Of a stretch of 64,000 nucleotides of DNA, positions 40,411-54,045 are shown piece by piece. Each line of letters opens with the position of its first letter. The stretch's first letter is position 1. The stretch covers positions 49,972,001 through 50,036,000 of the forward strand of contig NC_043005.1 of the NCBI RefSeq assembly GCF_006345805.1, given 5' to 3'. The stretch comes from Octopus sinensis (taxonomy: Eukaryota). The position numbers and the translations under genes were made by a program. The notes beneath the pieces were generated by a model. The model had not been told where the DNA came from, did not search any database, and worked only from the letters and a program-made list of their open reading frames with translations.

Positions 40411-40449
40411 TGATCATCTCAGGAGAAAGCTAGGGGTTTGAACACTACT
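40411..40449 (-). other. Candidate 39-nt cassette micro-exon containing stop codons
   Basis: tttcatgtcctttgtttacag|AGTAGTGTTCAAACCCCTAGCTTTCTCCTGAGATGATCA|gtaagt. It has a consensus acceptor and donor, a length divisible by 3, and non-repeat flanks. Confidence 0.45.
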
Positions 40450-40618
40450 CTGTAAACAAAGGACATGAAACAGTTGGTTTTCAGCTTTGGCGTATTATCA
40501 CAGCAGAGGCGCATTTAGCAGGAGCAAAAAGGTTTTGAAATAGGCATAATATAAAAAAAAAAAATCTTATCACATATCTGTCAATATGTGTGTGTGTGTG
40601 TAAGTGTGTGTGTGTAAG

Positions 40619-40650
<32 letters not shown>

Positions 40651-41181
40651 ATGTGTATATGTGTGTTAGTGTATACATACATATACACACACACATATAT
40701 ATACATATATGTATATAAATATGCTTATATATATATATATATATATAGGTACACGTACACACACCTGTGTATATATTTAGAGGTATGTATGTATCAAGTG
40801 GTTACACTATATATACGTATAGGATATAGGGTTCCAGTTCAGTTACAAATAAACATTATACATGTTTGCTTCTATCTGCAGACTACATTGTTTCCATCTT
40901 GAATTAATCATTCACATCTGACTGGGGGACATCTCTTTGCATCTTTCATTTTTGTACATTATCCTGATTGTTGTTGTTCTTGCTGTTTAGCCTTAAGCTA
41001 GCCTTGACAAAGCAGACGTGAGCTCAAAGATGTTACAGCTATAACCATCTTAATTATTTCCCCTATAAACAGATATGTGCATAGCCAAGTGGTTAGGCTT
41101 TTGCACTCACGATCAGCAGATTGTGGGTTCTATTCCCTGACTAGATAGCATGTTGTGTTCTTGAGCAAAACACTTCATTTC

Positions 41182-41412
41182 ATTTCATCTCAATCGAAGG
41201 AGAGGGGCTTTCTCCGTACGTGTTGCGGATCCGTGGAATAAGCTGCCGGACGAGATAGTGAAGATGCCGATGACTGCTCGGTTCAAAGTATCTCTTGACC
41301 AGAAATGGCCTGAAATCTTTGCATGAACACCCTCCCTGTACATAACTCCATATCCCCCTACATGACCTTGCTTTTTGCTTTTTGAGCCCCAAAATTAACT
41401 TAACTTAACTTA
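41182..41412 (+). mobile_element. CR1-like LINE 3' end inserted in a family B SINE
   Basis: HLNRRRGAFSVRVADPWNKLPDEIVKMPMTARFKVSLDQKWPEIFA* (FSxRVxxxWNxLP motif), a (TTAAC)n tail, and a 10-bp TSD acttcatttc. Confidence 0.85.
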
Positions 41413-43519
41413 ACTTCATTTCTCATTGCTCTAGTCATCCTTCAACCAGGGAAGATTGTTGGCTTGCTCGCCTAGCCAGCAGGGTGGCATCATTTGAAGG
41501 CTAAAACAATGCAAATGCACATTGCAACCAGTGATATGTAACAACATCTGATAGCCTGGTCAGTCACGTGACGTAGTAAACAGATATACTGTATCCAGCC
41601 AGCCCTATCCTTTACTTAGGTAGTAGGGTATACTTTGAGGAAGAAATAGTTGCTATTTCTTACTGGTCAAACATCTGCATGTTGATGTCTATTCATTGGC
41701 TTGACTCTATTGTGGTTGTTGTCATGCTTGTTGTTGTGGTTTAACCTCCAGTTCAACCCTGATTAAGTAGACCTATGAATGAAATTCTGCTCAAAATACT
41801 GCAGTCATCTCATCCACACCTAGAACTACATTTTTTAATATAACCTTCCTTTTTTAAGGACAGTAATTTGATGGATTTAAGTTGCTTTTTCACAGTCCTT
41901 ATTCAGTATTAATAACCTTCTCCATGAGTAAGGGACCACGTTCCATTCATATGTTTCGTTTTCCCTTTTATTTTTCTTTTGGCATGGTTTCCACATCTTG
42001 GTGCTCTTCCCTTTACCAACCACTTCATAGAATGTAGAGGGTATTTTCACATGTAACCAGCACCAGTGAGGTCACTGAGCATGTAGACTTCATTTCAAGT
42101 AAGTTGAAAGACCATGTGATATACGATAGTGGAGATTATTCTTCCTCCCATTTCATCAGCTCTGACAATTTCCTCATTTATAGTTACCAGGGTGGGGTGA
42201 AGCTTTCCAGCCCTATAGGGTAATTCACCTGAGAGAAGGCTACTCCAGTGTAAAACCTACAGCTTTCTAGTCACCACAGCTATCAGCTGTCTTAGCCCTC
42301 TGATCCACTGTGCTCAGACCTCCAAGCCTGAAGAACCGAATTGGATTACACAGACTGACTCTCACTTTAAAATTGTTCATTGCAGACCGGAAGAAAACCC
42401 ATGCAGTGATAGGTACTGGATGGTACTGGCAGTTTCAGCTTCAAATTTGTAGGTAGCTGCTCTTCTTCATGACCTTCAGACACAAAGATCTGATCTGACA
42501 TCTATTATCATTATTAATACATAGTTTATAGTGACAATGCATGGCCTAGTTGTTGCTATTTTGGATTCACAATCTTATGGCCATAGGTTCAATTTCTGAA
42601 CCAGGCAGCACTGTTTGTCCTTGAGCAAGGTACTTATTTTACATTACTTTAATATCTTCAGCTGAAAATGAGTACTACCTGACTACTGGTAGAATTCTCA
42701 ATCCCCCAAAGATTTAAACTATTATATAAGATCTTTTATAATAGTTTTCTGTTATAATTTTATGCATATCCAGGGTGCTTTATAGAAATATAAATTCACC
42801 CCTGTACTTTATTTTCATTGATTTCCAGAAGGATCAAAGGCAAACTTGTAGATATTTGAGCTTTAATGCAATGGGTCAAAACTAGATTCTGCTGAAAGGC
42901 CTTTTTGTTCAATACTCAAGTATCATCCATCAATGAAAAAACGTCTATGATATCATCAAGAAGGCTGATACCAATGAATTACAGCATCTTCCTCAAAGAC
43001 ACAGGCAGCCTTAAGCTTACCTTATCTATTATCTATATTTTTGAGAGTGAGAAAGGTAACAAAGAGAGAGAGAGATAGAAGAATAGAGAGAGAAAGAGCT
43101 GTTTGGTTAGACTTATAGCTGACCAAGTCAGTAGAGCATTGAGCTCTGGCTGAATGTTCAATGGTTTGTGTCCTGTCACTGGCACTGAACTGTATCAATA
43201 GCTAAGACTTCTACTGTCCCAGTCCACCAAGCTATAAAATGATATCGTGTACAAGTACAGCTCTTCTTATTGCAAACAGTGACACCACTGAGTAGTGAGT
43301 ACATTAAGTCTCAGTCTTACCTCCGATAGGTCTGAGCCATTATAGTCCATGTTTGTCTGTTGGAGTGACAAGGACTGATAATGTGCAAGGTAACTTAATA
43401 ATGAAGAAGAGTTGAACTCCAGTGATTTCCTTCTCTTGTCTGTGACCATCTTCAATCCAGTGGCAAAGACTAGGTCAAGATGATTGGGGCGGAAACAGAT
43501 CCAGGTAAAAGTTAAATTC

Positions 43520-43757
43520 TTGAGTCATGCCAGCTCATAAGGGCCAGTTGGCCAGTTTCATGGTGTAGGAATTCTCCAGCTGGATGGGACATCAATTCAT
43601 CGCAGGATTACACATTTTTATCAGCTGAGTAGACTGGAGCAACTTGAAATGAAGTGTTTTGTTCAAGAACACAACACGTTGCCCAGCCCAGGAACTGAAA
43701 CCACAATCTTATGATCATGAGTCCAACACCCTAACCACTAAGTCATGTGCCTCCACA
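43520..43757 (-). mobile_element. SINE family B
   Basis: Full reverse-complement copy. Confidence 0.8.
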
Positions 43758-44309
43758 CTGATGCAGGAGATGACCAAAATGCCTTATTTGCCTCATCTTG
43801 CTCTCAACACTCCTCAATGCATTGTTGCAGCTACCTTCCCTTCCGTTGAACCATGCAAGTTTCTTCCACAGTGTTTGCATCAGATTTGCTTTTCACATGC
43901 ATAGGTAGGTAAGCCATAATATGCAAATTAGCCCATAGTTGGGACCCTGGCAGAATTTACTACTTCAGGTTAGAGCAGACTTTGAAACAAGACTGATTAA
44001 GGGCTGGTTCCACACTTCTCAAAACCCTGGAGCTCCCAAACCAGGGTTCAACTACTGGATTCAGTTTAAAGTCCTACTCAGAACAACCATTATAGTTGAG
44101 CATATATTACAGATATATTTTGAAGTATTCCTTTCATGTCGTTATTGTAAGTAAATGATCCCAATGTGAATGATGTGAACGACATGTATCCTCATTGTTG
44201 CTGTTGGCCATGTTTCACAAAGTGTGACTGAAGAGAGACAGCCTTGCAATGTGATGACAATAATCACGTAAGATGGAAACAAAGAGACAAAACTGAATGA
44301 CAGAAGCAA

Positions 44310-44890
44310 ATTAGCAAATTAAAATATAATAAATTCAACTGAATTGGAATATAATTAAAATTGAAATTAAAATTAAAATTAAATGCACTTTGAAATTAGA
44401 TTCAAAACTTTAGCAAATTTAAATATAAAATAAATTCAATTCAAATACAATTCAAATTAAATTAAAATGCAGTTTAAATGAAATTAAAAATGAAAATGCA
44501 ATTTATTTAAACTAAATGGAAAGACAATTAAAAGTTAACTGAAACTGAAAACACAATTCAAAGAACAATGAAATATAATTTTGAATAAATCAAAACACAA
44601 TTTAACATACATTGAAATATAATTTAAAGTAAATTAAAATGCAATTTGAAATTATTTAAAATACAAGTTAAAGCAAATTAAAATATAATACAAAGTATAT
44701 TGAAATACATTTTAAAGCAATTTAAAATACAAAGTAAATACTGTTGACATAATGTTCAAGCAAAGTAAAATGCAATGTAAATGATATTTGAAAATTCAAA
44801 ATTTAAAGCAAAGGAAAATCTTTTAACATTCTAGTCTAATGTACTCTAAAATAGAGTTCATTAGAATTTAAATAAAATCAAAATATAAAT
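44310..44890. repeat. Degenerate AT-rich satellite-like tract (AAATT/AAATAC units)
   Basis: Repeating aaattaaaatgcaattt / aaatacaattcaaa motifs. Confidence 0.7.
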
Positions 44891-46066
44891 CTTAAAAGGA
44901 TTATATGTCCTTTCTTCTGCAATTCACACCCACTTTTGATTGGGTTTTAGTGAATCCATTATTTTTACAGTTATTTATCTGTTACTATCTGTAACTGAAC
45001 ACTCAGCTTTGATGTTGGAGGGGAACCTGTTTGTCAGTCAGTCAGACTGAAGCAAAATAGAGCTAAGTTTCTTACTTGGAAACATAAAACAATGGCTGTA
45101 AAAAGTAAATATTTAAACACACAACCTTGAACTCTAAAGTTTAACATATTATTCTTAATCTCACATTCATTGTAAAAATTGAAAAAAGAAGAAATACAAA
45201 CATTTAAATTATGCAAAAAAAAAATTGAATTAAAATACATAAAAAAAAAATGAAATCATATAAATATCTGTTTTATTGATTTCTCCCAAATATAGCATCT
45301 TAAGCATCATATATTTTCTTCAAAATCTGAACTGATGTTGCTATGAACTTCATGTGACTTGCACTAAAAGTCTTCCCACAATATTTCTCTATCATATCAG
45401 AAGCAGAGATTAAAATATGAAGCTCTCATCAGTAATACATAATAATCTGTTCAAGGAGTTGGTCTTTAACCCTTACTAATTCCGGCTTTCTTGAATCACT
45501 GCATAAAAGTTCCCTTGGCTAGCTTGCTTCCCAGCCACATTGTTCTAGGTTCAGCCCCATTGAATAGCACCTTGGGTAATTGTCTTCTATTAAAGCCTCA
45601 TGAGTGGATTTGGTAGCCAGAAACTTAAGAAAGCCTGTTGTATATATTATATATTTATGTGTATTTGTGTGTATGTGTCCCTAAATGTCTTATAATGTAA
45701 GGAAGTTTAATGCGAACTGGTTGATCAGCTTAAACAAACACTTCTTGTTGGTTTGAGTATTAACCATCATCATCTTCATTCGCATTATATCCACTTTTCA
45801 TCAATATCGTCATCAATATCCTCTTTCCCCATGCTTGCATGGATTGGCTAAAATTTGTTGAGGCAGATTTTCTACAGCTGGATGCCCTTCCTGTCACTAA
45901 CTCTCACCTGTTTCCAAGTGATGCAATGTTTCTCCATGACCAGACATGTTTTTATAGAAGATTGGAAATGGAGGACACTGCTTGCATTATGGTAACATTT
46001 GTTTAAAACAATCACATGATATCAAGGCAAGGATAGACACACTTGCATGCATACACAAACACACAC

Positions 46067-46097
<31 letters not shown>

Positions 46098-46615
46098 ATG
46101 ATAGGCTTCTTTCAGTTTTTATCTACCAAATCCACTCACAAGGCATTGGTTGGCTTGGAGCCATACTAGAAGAAACTTGGCCAAGATGCCATGCAATAGG
46201 ACTGAACCTGAGGCCATGTGGTTGGGCAGCAAGCTTCTTACCACATAGCCATGCCTGGAGTCAGAAATTCTGATTCTAGGACTGAAAACAACTGTCACTG
46301 AGGGAGTCAGCACATGCAAATTCAATTAGCTAGAAACAGCAGCCAAATTTCCCTTAAATCACATTTTACAGTCTTAAAAGAGCAAATGGAATGAGAGAGT
46401 TTGAGGTTACACGATGCCTGGAAAATAATGAGAAGCTCATGCTTTTAAACATAACTCAAAGGTGTTTTTATTTGCTTATATATATTTTGATTTATATTTT
46501 TTATTTATAAAGACTTTTATATTTTTAAGCACCATGTATATGCATTACTTAGAGTTGGGAAATTCAACTAACAACTATTATTGCTCTGCACAGAGTATTC
46601 ATGTCACTTGCTTGT

Positions 46616-46678
46616 AAAGACTGAAGAGGGTAGTACCTACATACAAGTTGTTACATATTCACTTGAAATGTATGTTTT
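46616..46678 (+). ncRNA. Decayed hammerhead motif
   Basis: AAAGA-CUGAAGA-GGGU...ACUU-GAAAU-GUAU-GUU. AUGUAUGU is the CpG-decayed form of palindromic ACGUACGU. Confidence 0.4.
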
Positions 46679-48236
46679 AAATGCATTTGAAATATCGACA
46701 ATTAATTTTGTAATTATTCTTATATTTATATGTGTGTGTGTGTGTGTGTTTGTGCATGTGTGTGTGTGTATCTAACTCTTTTATTTTCCCCCCTTTTTAT
46801 TGATTTTTGTAACTTTTTGATTTTTAATTTTTCTCATCCACTACACCATTTTCTTTCCTGTTTCCCCAATTGTATCTCTTTCCATGCCTCTCTCTCATCT
46901 TTACCATATTTACTACCCTTTTGAATACACTCACCCCCAGTTAATAACCTGCAACCCACACTACTCACACACCTCTCTCTATGGCTATCTTACCCAGACA
47001 CTCTCTTATATATGCACGAAACACCCCACCTCTTCTTCTTTTCTGACTTTTTCCCTATAGAACTGTATTACAGCCTGGCCCCTAAATTTTTTCTTCTCCT
47101 TCTTCCTACTTTTCTATCACCCTTCTTCCATTCCCTTTTTCCGATGAAAAATTTTAATGTCCAAAATGCTAAAGATCCTTTTCTTTTTTCTATTCAAGTG
47201 TGAGATTAAGACCACCTGTGTGAATACTAGTCCCTGTTGTGGTTTTCTTTTTTTCTTCTTCATTATATAATTTTGTTCATATTCACTGTTGTTATTTGTA
47301 ATAGCAAACAGGTATTGATGTAATGGACATAAAATGTTAATGTTTCATTTATGCTACTTGTCTATATTGATTCCCAGTAGTGTTTATTTATGTTTTTAAC
47401 ACTGCAGACACTGCCAGACTGAATAGTACAACTCAGGTGTTGAAACCATAGTGAAATCTGTTAGGCAGCTGATGATGGGAATAAGTTTTATATATTCTTA
47501 TTTGTGAATCTTTAATATATTGGGGTCTCATTATTCTGAGTGGTTCTCCATTCTCATAAGGTTGAAAATGTTTATGAGTTCAAGGTTTATTGGTGAGTAC
47601 ACATACTGATATTGCATGATTGCATTCATAAATAATCTTATTAGACTTGGATTCTAAATCCATGGTTTCTAGTTATGGAGATTCTGTGACATATCTCTGT
47701 TTCATCTATTCTGCCTCTGTTTATTCCCTCTATGTTATAGAAATCCTCCTCCATTTCCCTGCTTTGCAGTTCTTCTCTACCTCTGTTCCTCCTTCATATG
47801 CTGCTTATATCCTCCTACCCCCTACTTTTTGCTCTTATTCTCCCTCCTCTCTCCTTTCAACCTTTGAATCTCTCACACTACAATATCAACTACTTTTGCT
47901 ACTTTTCTCTTGATGAAGGGAGCCAGTCTTATAATAATATCACTATGTGACTGCTTACTGGTTGCAGAGTGAAGATTTTTTGTATCTTCCATCTGCAAAT
48001 TATGATTGTTATGTAATTCTGAGCTTCCTGAAACAGATACTGAGTTAAGAAATTATGTATTCTCTTGGTATTTTTATGCCCTATGTGAATAGATTTGTGT
48101 GTATATGTATGTATGTATGTATGTATGTAGTATGTATGTATGTATGTATGTATGTATGTATGTATGCATGTATGTATATATATATATGTGTGTGTGTGTG
48201 TATGTATATGTATATGTGTATATATATATTTATATA

Positions 48237-48261
<25 letters not shown>

Positions 48262-48281
<20 letters not shown>

Positions 48282-48487
48282 TATATACATATATGGGGCG
48301 GTTGGTGTTAGGAAGGGCATCCAGCTGTAAAAACCATACCAAAATAGATGTTCAAGCGGGGTGCAATCTTCTGCTTTGTCAGCTCTTGTCAAACCATCAA
48401 ACCCATGCCAGCATAAAAACTGGACGCTAAATGATGATGATGATGATGATGAAGACATTGTTATACATATATTATATATTATATATA

Positions 48488-48549
<62 letters not shown>

Positions 48550-49966
48550 AAGAGAGAGAGAGTGAGAGACTCACACATACACACATATATTCTGCTTCCT
48601 TATATCTCCTGTATTTTTTCACATGCAATTGTTCTCTGTATAAGGGAAATTTCCATGCAGTTTCTATACAATTTCACCCATTTTCTTTATCACCATATTC
48701 TTTCATTCCTTCTAATCCATTCACGACTTTGATCAAAGCTATTTCATGTATCTTCACTTCTGACCCAAACGGTTATGAGGGTGCAATTACATTTTTTTTT
48801 TATGTCTCTCTGTAAATATTCATGCCATGTTAAATATGCAAATTGCTTTCTATTATTTGACCATATAATGAACTGTTGTTCTCAGTTTCTACAGATAGGA
48901 GGTTTTTGATAATCTTAGACTCAGCCCAGTTTGAGTCAGAGATTAGCTATTCAGCTAAATCTTGATTTGTATTTTAAATAATTTTGAAACCCAGTGCTGT
49001 TTAACTCGTGTTTTTTCAAATTTGGCTGACGCTTTTCTTAATCCTTTTATGGCCCTATTTCTAATGAATCATTTCAATTAATTTGGCAAATAATCAAGGA
49101 TTTTAGAGAATTTAGAAAGAATAACTATTTGAACAAAGGGTTCTTGCATAACATTATGATGGTATTTTTACTTTAGGCATTTTGTATCTTTATGGAGGTG
49201 CATGGCTTAGTGGTTAAGGTGTTGAACTCATGATCGTATGGTTGTGGTTTCGATTCCTGGACCTGCTGATGTGTTGTGTTCTTGAGCAAAAAACTTCATT
49301 TCACATTGCTCCAGTCCACTCAGGAGGCAAAAATGAGTAATCCTGCGATGGACTGGCGTCCCGTCCAGGTGGGGAATTTCTACGCCACTGAAACTAGGAA
49401 ATGGGCCCTTATGAGCCTGGCATGGCTCGAAAAGGAGCATTTATTTATTTTGTATCTTTAGGTATTTGTTTCACTCATTGGACTATGGTCATGTTGGGGC
49501 ACTGCTCTTATGGGTTTATTTGAACAAATCAATGTCACTACTTATTTTTTTAAAGTCTGGTGTTTGTTCTATTGGTTTCTTTTTCTCATCTACTAAGTTA
49601 TGGAGATGTAAAAAGACCAACACCAGTTGTCAAGTGATGGTGAGGAGACACACTTAAACACACCACACATACAAACAGACATATACACATACACACACAT
49701 TCACACAAACATACATGCATGCATAATATATATATATATATAATATATATATATATACATATATGGGGCGGTTGGTGTTAGGAAGGGCATCCAGCTGTAA
49801 AAACCATACCAAAATAGATGTTCAAGCGGGGTGCAATCTTCTGCTTTGTCAGCTCTTGTCAAACCATCAAACCCATGCCAGCATAAAAACTGGACGCTAA
49901 ATGATGATGATGATGATGATGAAGACATTGTTATACATATATTATATATATATATATATATATATT

Positions 49967-50027
<61 letters not shown>

Positions 50028-51222
50028 AAGAGAGAGAGAGTGAGAGACTCACACATACACACATATATTCTGCTTCCTTATATCTCCTGTATTTTTTCAC
50101 ATGCAATTGTTCTCTGTATAAGGGAAATTTCCATGCAGTTTCTATACAATTTCACCCATTTTCTTTATCACCATATTCTTTCATTCCTTCTAATCCATTC
50201 ACGACTTTGATCAAAGCTATTTCATGTATCTTCACTTCTGACCCAAACGGTTATGAGGGTTGCAATTACATTTTTTTTTTTATGTCTCTCTGTAAATATT
50301 CATGCCATGTTAAATATGCAAATTGCTTTCTATTATTTGACCATATAATGAACTGTTGTTCTCAGTTTCTACAGATAGGAGGTTTTTGATAATCTTAGAC
50401 TCAGCCCAGTTTGAGTCAGAGATTAGCTATTCAGCTAAATCTTGATTTGTATTTTAAATAATTTTGAAACCCAGTGCTGTTTAACTCGTGTTTTTTCAAA
50501 TTTGGCTGACGCTTTTCTTAATCCTTTTATGGCCCTATTTCTAATGAATCATTTCAATTAATTGGCAAATAATCAAGGATTTTAGAGAATTTAGAAAGAA
50601 TAACTATTTGAACAAAGGGTTCTTGCATAACATTATGATGGTATTTTTACTTTAGGCATTTTGTATCTTTATGGAGGTGCATGGCTTAGTGGTTAAGGTG
50701 TTGAACTCATGATCGTATGGTTGTGGTTTCGATTCCTGGACCTGCTGATGTGTTGTGTTCTTGAGCAAAAAACTTCATTTCACATTGCTCCAGTCCACTC
50801 AGGAGGCAAAAATGAGTAATCCTGCGATGGACTGGCGTCCCGTCCAGGTGGGGAATTTCTACGCCACTGAAACTAGGAAATGGGCCCTTATGAGCCTGGC
50901 ATGGCTCGAAAAGGAGCATTTATTTATTTTGTATCTTTAGGTATTTGTTTCACTCATTGGACTATGGTCATGTTGGGGCACTGCTCTTATGGGTTTATTT
51001 GAACAAATCAATGTCACTACTTATTTTTTTAAAGTCTGGTGTTTGTTCTATTGGTTTCTTTTTCTCATCTACTAAGTTATGGAGATGTAAAAAGACCAAC
51101 ACCAGTTGTCAAGTGATGGTGAGGAGACACACTTAAACACACCACACATACAAACAGACATATACACATACACACACATTCACACAAACATACATGCATG
51201 CATAATATATATATATATATAT
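48262..51222. repeat. Near-identical tandem duplication, unit about 1.47-1.48 kb
   Basis: Identical ORFs recur at an offset of 1479 (49228/50707, 49276/50755, 49466/50945). The junction lies in (TA)n near 49735. Confidence 0.97.
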
Positions 51223-51231
51223 AGATATATA

Positions 51232-51541
51232 TATACAAAAATTCTATAATTATGAATATAATTATAATTAGGGTTCAGCAAAATTTGCTTCACCACATAC
51301 TGAAATTTAGAAATAGCAGTTAAACTACTATTTTACTACCATAAGATATCTCCCAAACAGCAATACTCAACAACTCATGCAGGTAAAGAGTGCATGAGTT
51401 GTTGAATATTGCTGTGTGGGAGATTTTCTTCTGGTAGTAAAATAGTAGTTTAACTGCTATTTCTAAATTTCGGTATGTGGTGAAGCAAATTTTGCTGGAC
51501 CCTAATTATAATTATACTCGTAATTATTGTATTTTTGTATA
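51232..51541. repeat. Long inverted repeat, 150-bp arms, 9-nt loop
   Basis: Arms 51232-51381 and 51391-51541 are reverse complements with scattered mismatches. Confidence 0.93.
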
Positions 51542-51622
51542 AGTTTACTGATAATGGTTCTTTTAACATACCGAACAACTTGGTAAAATCATTAATTATT
51601 AATTAATTAATTAATTTTACCC

Positions 51623-51674
<52 letters not shown>

Positions 51675-53525
51675 TATTATATATATATATATATAAAGGG
51701 ATTCCACACAGTTTTCAGCTACCAAGTTCAATTATAAGCACTGGTTGGCTTGGGGCTATAATAGAAGACACTTGTGCAAGCTGTTGCGAAATGGGACTGA
51801 ACTCAAAACCACATGGTTGCAAATCGAGCTTCTTAACCATACAGTCATACCTGCATCTATAAACACTTTAAAACATGAAGTTTCCGATCAAAGAGTTAGA
51901 GGTGGTCTGAGGTCTCTCGGTGTTCAAAGTGTTAACAAATTTTCAAAATACTGACTTTCAGACTGAATAATTTGTTTCTGCTCAACAGAGATATTTCTTT
52001 AGATATCTTAATACTCTACACTTTGAGTAAGTGACCAACACCTTCAGTAAAGATCAGTTTTAGATAGTCCTAAACTTCTACTGTGTGAGCAAATGATCAA
52101 GTTGAACAGAAATTAGCCTGTAAATACCTTAAAACTCTAACCCTCTTGATCATGTGATCTGATTTTCTCTTCAGCAAAGATCAGACTTTTGATAGCTTTG
52201 AAAGCTTCCCTTGAGTTAAAATTTTGACTCTTGCTTCTTCAGACACGAATTGCTTTCAAGGTCTACAAGTGCTTAGTACTCATAATCCTTCTCCACACTT
52301 GTCTTTTGACTGGTTTTGCATGACAGAAATCGCATTTTTCCTACAGCTTTACTTTAGCAATTCTGTAATCAGATTGAAGCAAGGCTTAGACAAAACTACT
52401 ATTACGTGGAAGTTGCAGATTGTTTTGTTTTTTCTTCTATGTTATGTAAGTGTTGAGAAGCAGACAAGCGATTTTTCTCTTGTTGTTTTTATCAAACGTT
52501 TCCATCTTAAAATTACTTTCTTTACACTTAATGCCATTTTACCAAAGATTCAAACTGATTATGCATACATATATATTAATCCATTTACACACATCCACAC
52601 ACACATGCCACATGCACACACATGTATGTGTATATATATATATATATATATGCATGTATATGTACATATATGTATATATATATATGCATATACATACATA
52701 TATGCATACATACATTCACACATAAATATATATATATAAATATGCATACATATATACATACACACACAAACATATGTATATATATACACACATACATATA
52801 CATATGTGCATATATGTATGTATGCGTGCATGCAGACCATAATCACACATAGAATGTGTGATCAAACACATTAGTTGAACTCTGAGCCTAATCGATACGT
52901 TAAGTATAATTGATTAAATATTGCGTCTTTCTCATAAGCACCCACATACATATGTATGCACTCACGCACACTCGCGTAAGGAAGCGCAGACACAAAACAA
53001 CTGATAAATACATCTGTCATGCACAAAATATACAAAAACATAGATACATACATGCATTCATACATATGAATACATATACATGCATACAAGCATTTGTATT
53101 GAAAATTTCTCTAGAAAGAAGCAGTTTAGTTATGTATGTTATTTAAATATCACTGCGCACCAAATATTTGTGTATATGTGTGTATGTGTGTGTGTGTGTG
53201 TATGTGTATATATAAACATACATATATATATATATATATATACATATATATATGTCTATATACACACACACATACACAGACGTACACATTGACATACATG
53301 ACATACGTATGCCGGTACAAACATATATATCATCATCATCATCACCATCTTTAATGTCTGTTTTCCATGCTGGCATGGGTTAGACAGTTTGACAAGAACT
53401 GGTAAGGCTGGGTCTGCACTAGGCTTTATTGTCTATTTTGATATGGTTTCTATGGCTGGGCACCCTTACTAGTGCCAATAACTCTACAGAGTGTACCAGG
53501 TGCCTTTTTACATGGCAACAACACA

Positions 53526-53565
<40 letters not shown>

Positions 53566-54045
53566 TGCAACCATATCATGCTGAAAATATTGGTTCTTAT
53601 TTGATTCCTGAAGTTAAGCAACATTAGCTCTAGTTAGTATTTGCAAGCGCCATAATATTTTTTCCAAACTGATGTAGACTTTCTGCTTGTCAACCATTAA
53701 TACAGTCTGACTATATATATTTTCTGTCCATGCATTCAAGACCTGTCTATTTTCTTCAGCATCACATTTGATTTATGAAGAAATAAAGTCCTAACTGCTG
53801 ACAGAGTAACTTGTTGAACACTTTGCCTAATTTTCTATTTTGTTATGAAATGCTTTGCGGATAGGATATTTGGCTCATGATCGTAAGGTTATGAGTTCAA
53901 TAGCTAGCAATACATTGTGTATCTGAGCAAGACACTTTATTCCACATTGCTCCAGTCCACTCAACAGGCAAAAATGAGTTGTACCTGTAATTCAAAGGGC
54001 CAGCCTTGTCACATTCAGTGTCACGCTAAATTTCCTTGAAAACTA

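Noticed and set aside
42180-42480. GC-richer segment resembling an RTE 5' UTR (gagaaggctactccagtgtaaaacc)
   Set aside because: The resemblance is from memory only. I could not fold an HDV-like ribozyme or find an adjoining ORF.
43090-43500. Minus-strand HLDLVFAT motif suggesting a LINE APE endonuclease remnant
   Set aside because: It is a single short motif in heavily degraded sequence, too weak to call.
49193-49270. tRNA-like sequences at SINE heads (also 55629, 7730 and others)
   Set aside because: They have A/B-box-like motifs but no complete cloverleaf, and they continue into SINE bodies, so they are not tRNA genes.
51870-52555. Complex, coding-looking unique sequence
   Set aside because: The minus-strand reading is broken by stops, and the plus ORF 52224-52739 has no recognisable motif and runs into microsatellite. 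It is probably an unidentifiable decayed element.
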